21,757 bases of DNA from Candidatus Sericytochromatia bacterium (GTDB lineage: Bacteria; Cyanobacteriota; Sericytochromatia; S15B-MN24; UBA4093), in NCBI GenBank assembly GCA_036676495.1, contig JAKFCT010000068.1, positions 1-21,757 on the forward strand, given 5' to 3'. A model generated the notes under the pieces. The model did not search any database and was not told where the DNA came from. It saw only the letters and a program-made list of their open reading frames with translations. Made by a program: the position numbers and the translations under genes. Shown in pieces: positions 15,013 through 21,757 of the stretch. How positions within the stretch are numbered: position 1 is the first letter of the stretch; each line of letters starts with the position of its first letter.

Positions 15013-15684
15013 TTGGAAAAACCAACCAACCTGCTTTCGACCCCGACCGACTCCCGGAGCCTCGCGGCGCCGTCCTTCGAACGCGTCGCCAGCAAGCCCC
15101 GGCAGGGCATGCTGGTCGTCATTTCGGGCCCGTCCGGCGTCGGAAAGGGCACCCTGGTCAAGGAGTTGAAGCGGCGCATGCCGGAACTGCGCCACTCGGT
15201 CTCCGTGACGACCCGCGCGCCGCGCCCCGGCGAGGAAGACGGCGTTCACTACTTCTTCCGCTCCGAAGAGCAGTTCCAGCAGATGGTCGCCAACGACGAG
15301 CTGATCGAGTGGTCGCAGTTCGTCAACGGCCTCTTCTACGGAACCCCGCGCTCCTTCGTGCAGGAGCAGCTGGCGGCCGGCCATGACGTGGTCCTCGAGA
15401 TCGACGTCAAGGGCGCCATTCAGGTCAAGGAGCGCGTCCCCAACGGGGTCTACGTCTTCCTGCTTCCTCCCACCATGGAGGAGCTCGAGGTCCGCTTGCG
15501 CAAGCGCCAGACCGAGGCCGCCGAAGCCATCCGTCAGCGCCTCTCGGTCGCGGTCGACGAGTTGAACTTCCTCCCGCTTTACGATTTCCAGGTGGTCAAT
15601 GACGACCTGGCCAATGCCGCCCGCAAGCTCGAGGCGATCGTCCTCGCCGAGCGCTGCCGCGTGGGCCGGCACCTGCCTCACTGA
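15013..15684 (+). CDS. gmk: Guanylate kinase
   Basis: P-loop SGPSGVGKGT, SVSVTTRAPRPGEEDGVHYFF, YGTP, LEIDVKGA. Start uncertain (14995 ATG, 15013 TTG or 15109 ATG). Confidence 0.95.
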   Translation: MEKPTNLLSTPTDSRSLAAPSFERVASKPRQGMLVVISGPSGVGKGTLVKELKRRMPELRHSVSVTTRAPRPGEEDGVHYFFRSEEQFQQMVANDELIEWSQFVNGLFYGTPRSFVQEQLAAGHDVVLEIDVKGAIQVKERVPNGVYVFLLPPTMEELEVRLRKRQTEAAEAIRQRLSVAVDELNFLPLYDFQVVNDDLANAARKLEAIVLAERCRVGRHLPH

Positions 15685-15698
15685 TAAGGAGACGATCG

Positions 15699-15893
15699 AT
15701 GCACACGGAATTGTTGGCCAAGGCCTCGAACAAGTACGACCTGGTTCTGCAGATCGCGCGCCGCGCCAAGCGGATCAAGGACGACGTGGCCCGTGACGGC
15801 TCGCCGGAGACCGTCAAGCCGATCCCCCGCGCCATCGGCGAGATGGTGAGCGAGCAGCACGAGGCCGGCGCCCTCCCCGAAGCCAACGCCTAG
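15699..15893 (+). CDS. rpoZ: DNA-directed RNA polymerase subunit omega
   Basis: NKYDLVLQIARRAKRI and KPIPRAIGEM. RBS TAAGGAG. Canonical position between gmk and coaBC. Confidence 0.9.
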   Translation: MHTELLAKASNKYDLVLQIARRAKRIKDDVARDGSPETVKPIPRAIGEMVSEQHEAGALPEANA

Positions 15894-15897
15894 TTCC

Positions 15898-17091
15898 ATG
15901 CCGACCCTCCTGCTGGGGGTTTCGGGCGGAATCGCGGCCTACAAGGCCGCCGACCTGACCTCCCTCCTCCGCAAGCGAGGCTGGGAGGTTCGCGTCGTCA
16001 TGACCCCGGCGGCCACCCAGTTCATCACGCCGCTGACCCTGCAGACCCTCTCGCGCCAGAAGGTCCATCTCGACCCCTTCGACCTGCCCGAGGTCGGAGG
16101 CGTCGAGCATATCGACCTGGTCAAGGGGGTCGACCTCGCGGCCGTGGTCCCCGCCACGGCCAACCTGCTGGCCAAGACCGCCCACGGCCTCGCCGACGAT
16201 CTCTTGAGCACGACCCTGCTCGCCCTTCGCTGTCCCTTGCTCGTCGCTCCCGCGATGAACACGGCCATGTGGGAGCATCCCGCCACGCAGGCGAACCTTC
16301 AGCTGCTGGAGTCCCGGGGCGTGGAGATCGTGCCGCCGGCGAGCGGAGAGCTGGCCTGTGGGGACGTCGGAGCCGGAAAGCTCGCCGACGTCGCGGAGAT
16401 CGCCCAGCGAATCGAGGACCTCTACGCGCGCCGCCTCGACGGGGAGCGCCTGCGGGGCCGGCGCGTGCTGATCACGGCCGGAGGCACCCGCGAACCCCTG
16501 GACCCCGTGCGCTACCTGGGCAACCGTTCGAGCGGCAAGATGGGCCATGCCTTGGCGGCCGCGGCGGCAGCGCGCGGAGCCGAGGTCACGCTGGTGACGA
16601 CCTCCGCGCTGGCGGTTCCCCCCGGCGTGCATCCCGTGCGGGTTCAGACGGCCCAAGAGATGCTGGAGGCGGTGCGGGAGCGGCTGCCCGCCGCGGACGT
16701 CCTGGTCATGGCGGCGGCAGTGGCCGATTACCGGCCCGCGACGGTGGCGGAGCAGAAGATCAAGAAATCGGCGGAAGCCGTGACCCTGACGCTGGAGCCG
16801 ACCCCCGACATCCTTGCCACGCTCAAGCCCTTGCGGCGCGCGGATCAGCTCGTGATCGGCTTCGCCGCCGAGACCGAGGCGCTTCTCGATCATGCCCGAG
16901 GCAAGCTGGAGCGCAAGGGGCTCGACCTGATCGTCGCCAACGACGTCTCCCGGCCGGGCATCGGCTTCGAATCCGATGAGAACGCGGTGACCGTGCTGGG
17001 ACCGGAAGGCCCGATCGCCACATGGGACGTGGCCTCTAAGGCCATGATCGCCGGCCGGCTCATGGACCTCTTCGCCGCGCGACTTCCCTGA
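15898..17091 (+). CDS. coaBC: Bifunctional phosphopantothenoylcysteine decarboxylase / phosphopantothenate-cysteine ligase
   Basis: GVSGGIAAYK, PAMNTAMW, LACGDVGAGK, TAGGTREPLDPVRY, NRSSGKMG, AAVADY, GFAAET. Confidence 0.97.
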   Translation: MPTLLLGVSGGIAAYKAADLTSLLRKRGWEVRVVMTPAATQFITPLTLQTLSRQKVHLDPFDLPEVGGVEHIDLVKGVDLAAVVPATANLLAKTAHGLADDLLSTTLLALRCPLLVAPAMNTAMWEHPATQANLQLLESRGVEIVPPASGELACGDVGAGKLADVAEIAQRIEDLYARRLDGERLRGRRVLITAGGTREPLDPVRYLGNRSSGKMGHALAAAAAARGAEVTLVTTSALAVPPGVHPVRVQTAQEMLEAVRERLPAADVLVMAAAVADYRPATVAEQKIKKSAEAVTLTLEPTPDILATLKPLRRADQLVIGFAAETEALLDHARGKLERKGLDLIVANDVSRPGIGFESDENAVTVLGPEGPIATWDVASKAMIAGRLMDLFAARLP

Positions 17092-17092
17092 G

Positions 17093-19276
17093 ATGCCCCG
17101 CTTCGTCGAGGTCCTGATCGACTCCATCCCGCTGGCGGATCCCAAGCCCTTCACCTACCGCGTTCCGGCGGAGCTGGAGGATGCGGTCGCCACGGGAACG
17201 GCGGTCGCCGTGCCCTTCGGCGGGCGCCGGCAGGTCGCGGGTTTCGTGGTCGCCTGCCACGATCAGGAGCCCGAAACCCCGCTCAAGCCCATCCTCGGGG
17301 TGCTGGGCGACATGGCGGTGCCGCCCGCGCTTTACGACCTCTTCGACTGGGTGGCCGAGACCACCATGAGCTCCTTCGCGCAGGTCTGGACCACCGCGGT
17401 CCCGCGCGGCACCCTCGCCCGGAAGTCCCAACCCAAGACCCAGTGGAGCGTTCGCGTCCAGGCCCGTCCGGAAGGCTTGACGGCGCGCCAGAGCCAGGTG
17501 CTGGACGTCCTGCATGCGGAAGGCGGCAGCTTGACCCTGGCGGACCTGGTCCGGCGCGCAGGAACCACCCATGGGGTCGTGCGCGCGCTCGCGGCGCGAG
17601 GGGCGGTGACGCTCGCCCAGGAGCGCATCTGGCGGGCACCCCCGTTGCCGGACGCCCAGCAAGTCACGCCGTTTGCGCTGAATGACGCGCAGCAAGAGGC
17701 CGTGGCGGCGATCGCCGCGGGAAAACCGGGCGACGCGTTCCTGCTGTACGGAGTGACCGGCTCCGGGAAGACCGAGGTCTACCTGCAGGCGATCGCCAAA
17801 ACCCTCGCCGAGGGGAAGAGCGCCATCATGCTGGTGCCCGAGATTGCCCTCACCCCCCAGACGGTCGCACGCTTCAGGGGGCGGTTCGGGGATCGGCTCG
17901 CCCTGATGCATAGCACCCTCAGCGACGGCGAGCGCTTCGACGAGTGGCAGCGTCTCCGCGACGGAGAGGCTTGCGTGGCAGTCGGAGCGCGCTCGGCGGT
18001 TTTCGCCCCGCTGCCCAATCTGGGCCTGATCATCCTCGACGAGGAGCACGAGGGATCCTACAAGCAGGAAACCGCGCCGCGCTACCATGCGCGCGCCGTG
18101 GCCCTCCGGCGCGCCGAACTTGAAGGGGCGAAGGTGATCCTGGGCTCGGCCACGCCGAGCGTGGAGACGTTCTACCGGGCGAACGAAGGGACGATCACGC
18201 GGCTCGATCTCCCGCGCCGGGTCTCGGGCCGGCCGATGCCTCCGGTGGAGCTGGTGGACATGCGCGAGGAGTTGAAGTCCGGGAACCGGAAGATCTTCTC
18301 TCGCAGCCTCTTGGCGGCCTTCCAGGAGCACCTGGGGCGCGGGGAGCAGGTGATCCTCCTGATGAACCGGCGGGGGTACGCGTCCTTCGTGCTCTGTCGC
18401 AGCTGCGGGGAGACGGTCACCTGTCCGAGTTGCTCGGTGAGCCTGACCTATCACAAGGATCACGAGCTCTTGCGCTGTCATACGTGCAACTTCGCGGCGG
18501 CGAACCCCGAGCGCTGTCCGGCCTGCAAGTCTCCGTTCATCAAGTACTTCGGGGCCGGCACGCAGCAGGTGGCGGAGGCCGCCGGGCAGCTGCTCCCGGA
18601 GGCCCGGATCCTGCGGCTGGATCGCGACACGACGACGCGCAAGGACTCGCATCGTCGGATCCTTGAGGCGTTCGCCAAGGGGGAGGCCAACGTCTTGATC
18701 GGGACCCAGATGGTGGCCAAGGGGCTCGACCTGCCGCGGGTTTCGCTGGTGGGGGTGGTAGCGGCGGACGTGGCCTTGAACTTGCCGGATTTCCGGGCGG
18801 CAGAGCGGACCTTTCAGCTCGTGACGCAGGTCGCGGGACGGGCGGGGCGCGGGGATCTGCCGGGGAAAGTGATCGTGCAGACCTACGCTCCCGAGCATCC
18901 GAGCCTGCTCTTCGCGCGGACGCATGACTACGACGGCTTCTATGCGCGGGAAGTGGCCGATCGGGAGGTCTTGCGCTACCCTCCCTTTCAGCGGCTGGTG
19001 AACGTGGTCTTCAGCGCCGAATCCCAGCCTCCGGCGTGGGCGGCGGCCGAGACGGCCGCCGGGATCCTGCGCGAGACGGAGGGCTTGACGGTGCTGGGGC
19101 CGGCCGAGTCGGCCATCTCGGTGATTCGGGGGCGCTACCGGGTGCAGGTGCTCGTGAAGGCGCCGGATCCGGACCTGGCGCGCGGGGCGATCCGAGAGGC
19201 GCTGCGCCCGGGGCGGATCCCGCGGGCGGCCGGGTTGCGGGTGGCGGTGGACGTGGATCCCGTGTCGCTATTGTGA
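17093..19276 (+). CDS. priA: Primosomal protein N' (replication restart helicase)
   Basis: GVTGSGKTEVY, VPEIALTPQ, DEEHE, GSATPS, four CxxC pairs, GTQMVAKGLD, QVAGRAGR, terminal DVDP. Confidence 0.97.
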   Translation: MPRFVEVLIDSIPLADPKPFTYRVPAELEDAVATGTAVAVPFGGRRQVAGFVVACHDQEPETPLKPILGVLGDMAVPPALYDLFDWVAETTMSSFAQVWTTAVPRGTLARKSQPKTQWSVRVQARPEGLTARQSQVLDVLHAEGGSLTLADLVRRAGTTHGVVRALAARGAVTLAQERIWRAPPLPDAQQVTPFALNDAQQEAVAAIAAGKPGDAFLLYGVTGSGKTEVYLQAIAKTLAEGKSAIMLVPEIALTPQTVARFRGRFGDRLALMHSTLSDGERFDEWQRLRDGEACVAVGARSAVFAPLPNLGLIILDEEHEGSYKQETAPRYHARAVALRRAELEGAKVILGSATPSVETFYRANEGTITRLDLPRRVSGRPMPPVELVDMREELKSGNRKIFSRSLLAAFQEHLGRGEQVILLMNRRGYASFVLCRSCGETVTCPSCSVSLTYHKDHELLRCHTCNFAAANPERCPACKSPFIKYFGAGTQQVAEAAGQLLPEARILRLDRDTTTRKDSHRRILEAFAKGEANVLIGTQMVAKGLDLPRVSLVGVVAADVALNLPDFRAAERTFQLVTQVAGRAGRGDLPGKVIVQTYAPEHPSLLFARTHDYDGFYAREVADREVLRYPPFQRLVNVVFSAESQPPAWAAAETAAGILRETEGLTVLGPAESAISVIRGRYRVQVLVKAPDPDLARGAIREALRPGRIPRAAGLRVAVDVDPVSLL

Positions 19277-19364
19277 GCCGCGGGCGCTCTGGTGAGCCGA
19301 CGGCGCTGTCATGAGCCGGAGGAGCGCTGTGGAGGCGCGGACGGGCCGACTTGGGAACGAGGCA

Positions 19365-19373
19365 TGGTATACT
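19365..19373 (+). promoter_or_regulatory. Extended -10 promoter for the single-domain response regulator
   Basis: TGG-TATACT. GGGAG RBS-like sequence at 19432-19436. Confidence 0.55.
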
Positions 19374-19448
19374 AGGGGGGTTCCATCGCAGCGCGACGTG
19401 CCGCGTGAATCGGCTTCGGGCCTGCCTCCGAGGGAGTCTTGAGACGCT

Positions 19449-19829
19449 ATGGCGCAGAAAATCCTAGTGGTCGAAGACGAGATGACCAACCGCGAAGTGG
19501 CGGAGGTCATCCTGCGCAACCAGGGCTACGAGGTGCTGGTGGCCAATAACGGCCAGGAAGGCATCGAGCTGGCGCGCGCGCAAATGCCGGACCTGATCGT
19601 GATGGACATCCTCATGCCGGTGCTCGACGGCCTTTCGGCCTCGCGCGAGCTCAAGGCGGATCCGCGGACCTCGCATATCCCGATCCTGGTGGTGACGGCC
19701 AAGGCCTCCAATTCGGATCGCAACGCGGCGGAGGCGGCGGGCTGCGACGGTTTCCTGTCGAAGCCGTACCGCAACAAGGTCCTGGTGGAGACGGTCAAGG
19801 CTTTCTTGCCGGCGCCCGCCCAGGCATGA
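19449..19829 (+). CDS. Stand-alone receiver-domain response regulator (CheY/DivK-like)
   Basis: ILVVEDE, PDLIVMDILMPVLDG, VTA, GCDGFLSKP. 126 aa with no output domain. Confidence 0.93.
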   Translation: MAQKILVVEDEMTNREVAEVILRNQGYEVLVANNGQEGIELARAQMPDLIVMDILMPVLDGLSASRELKADPRTSHIPILVVTAKASNSDRNAAEAAGCDGFLSKPYRNKVLVETVKAFLPAPAQA

Positions 19830-19878
19830 TCGGGCGGGGGCGATCGCCGAAACCCGCCTTCTGACGCCTTCTCGACTA

Positions 19879-19906
19879 TTGAATCCCGACGCCCCGCGGC
19901 TATCAT
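19879..19906 (+). promoter_or_regulatory. Promoter candidate for the sigma factor gene
   Basis: TTGAAT (19879-19884)-N16-TATCAT (19901-19906). An AGAGGAGG RBS at 19971-19978 precedes GTG 19984. Confidence 0.45.
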
Positions 19907-19983
19907 GACCGTGGGCCTCTTGCGCCATGCCGGCAGGCACGCCTCAGGGGCCGTGAGTTCGATGGCTCAAAGAGGAGGCGACC

Positions 19984-21003
<1,020 letters not shown>

Positions 21004-21021
21004 CGCAGGAACGCTGCCAGG

Positions 21022-21051
21022 GCCGGGAGACGTGGGTTTCCCGGCATTTTT
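21022..21051 (+). terminator. Intrinsic terminator after the sigma factor gene
   Basis: GCCGGGAGAC-GTGG-GTTTCCCGGC stem followed by ATTTTT. Confidence 0.8.
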
Positions 21052-21096
21052 CGCGATCGCTTCCCCGAATCGGAGGAGGGCGGCATCCGAAAGGTC

Positions 21097-21125
21097 TTGC
21101 CAATCGAACAAAAATTCGATACGCT
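21097..21125 (+). promoter_or_regulatory. recA promoter with LexA operator (SOS box, GAAC-N4-GTTC type) in the spacer
   Basis: TTGCCA (21097-21102)-N17-TACGCT (21120-21125). Near-palindrome ATCGAAC-AAAA-ATTCGAT at 21103-21120. Confidence 0.75.
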
Positions 21126-21186
21126 GTTTCTGTTCACTTTCCGTCTCAGATGTTTGGTATCGGATATTTGGTAAAGGAGCCCGTGC

Positions 21187-21757
21187 ATGGCAAAGGATGT
21201 GGTCGCGTCGAAGGACATGGCTTCGGATAAGCGCAAGGCGCTCGAGCTCGCCCTGACGGGCATCGAGAAGCAGTTCGGCAAGGGATCGATCATGAAGCTG
21301 GGGGATACGGCCCGCCTGAAGGTCGAGGCCATTTCGTCCGGCATCCTGCCTTTGGACATCGCGCTGGGCGTCGGCGGCCTGCCGCGCGGCCGCGTGGTCG
21401 AGATCTACGGCCCCGAATCGGGCGGTAAGACCACCGTCAGCCTGCAGGTGGTCGCGCAGGTCCAGAAGGCCGGCGGCGTCGCGGCGTTCATCGATGCCGA
21501 GCACGCCCTGGATCCCCAGTACGCCAGCCGTCTGGGCGTCGACATCGACAACCTGCTCGTCTCCCAGCCCGATACCGGCGAACAAGCCCTCGAGATCGCC
21601 GACGCCCTGGTGCGCTCGGCCGCCGTCGACCTGATCGTCGTCGACTCCGTCGCCGCCCTCGTCCCCAAGGCCGAGCTCGAAGGCGACATGGGCGATTCGC
21701 ATGTCCGCCTGCAAGCCCGCCTCATGAGCCAGGCCCTGCGCAAACTCACCGCCACCA
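21187..21757 (+). CDS. recA: Recombinase A, 3'-truncated (not in ORF track)
   Basis: RBS AAAGGAG at 21173-21179. Translates [36 protein letters not shown]...[20 protein letters not shown]...[10 protein letters not shown]...[12 protein letters not shown]...[12 protein letters not shown]...[12 protein letters not shown]. Runs off the window. Confidence 0.98.
   Translation, partial: MAKDVVASKDMASDKRKALELALTGIEKQFGKGSIMKLGDTARLKVEAISSGILPLDIALGVGGLPRGRVVEIYGPESGGKTTVSLQVVAQVQKAGGVAAFIDAEHALDPQYASRLGVDIDNLLVSQPDTGEQALEIADALVRSAAVDLIVVDSVAALVPKAELEGDMGDSHVRLQARLMSQALRKLTAT

Overview
High-GC bacterial chromosomal segment, mostly housekeeping. I see no mobile element, CRISPR array, tRNA or rRNA. Gene order: two tandem CNT/NupC nucleoside transporters (first is 5'-truncated); adenosine deaminase; an N6-adenine-type methyltransferase (-); a YkgJ-type Cys-cluster protein; an intramembrane-sensing histidine kinase and OmpR-family regulator; a membrane-anchored degenerate-GGDEF/PilZ protein; pdxA; a 44-aa single-TM micro-protein missing from the ORF track; a lipoprotein S8 protease with FN3 domains; a Pro-rich membrane hypothetical (-); an amidohydrolase; an LCP protein; HU (-); gmk-rpoZ-coaBC-priA; a single-domain response regulator; a primary-like sigma70 factor; and recA (3'-truncated, absent from the ORF track). 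A cyanobacterial-like omega subunit in a Firmicutes-like gene order, plus a GAAC-N4-GTTC-type LexA box, suggests a non-photosynthetic relative of Cyanobacteria (inference). I found no unambiguous new multi-gene system. The best leads are: a putative dual c-di-GMP receptor preceded by a direct repeat next to the OmpR regulator; the micro-protein; two structured intergenic RNA candidates; recurrent leaderless promoters; and pocket-divergent transporter paralogs.
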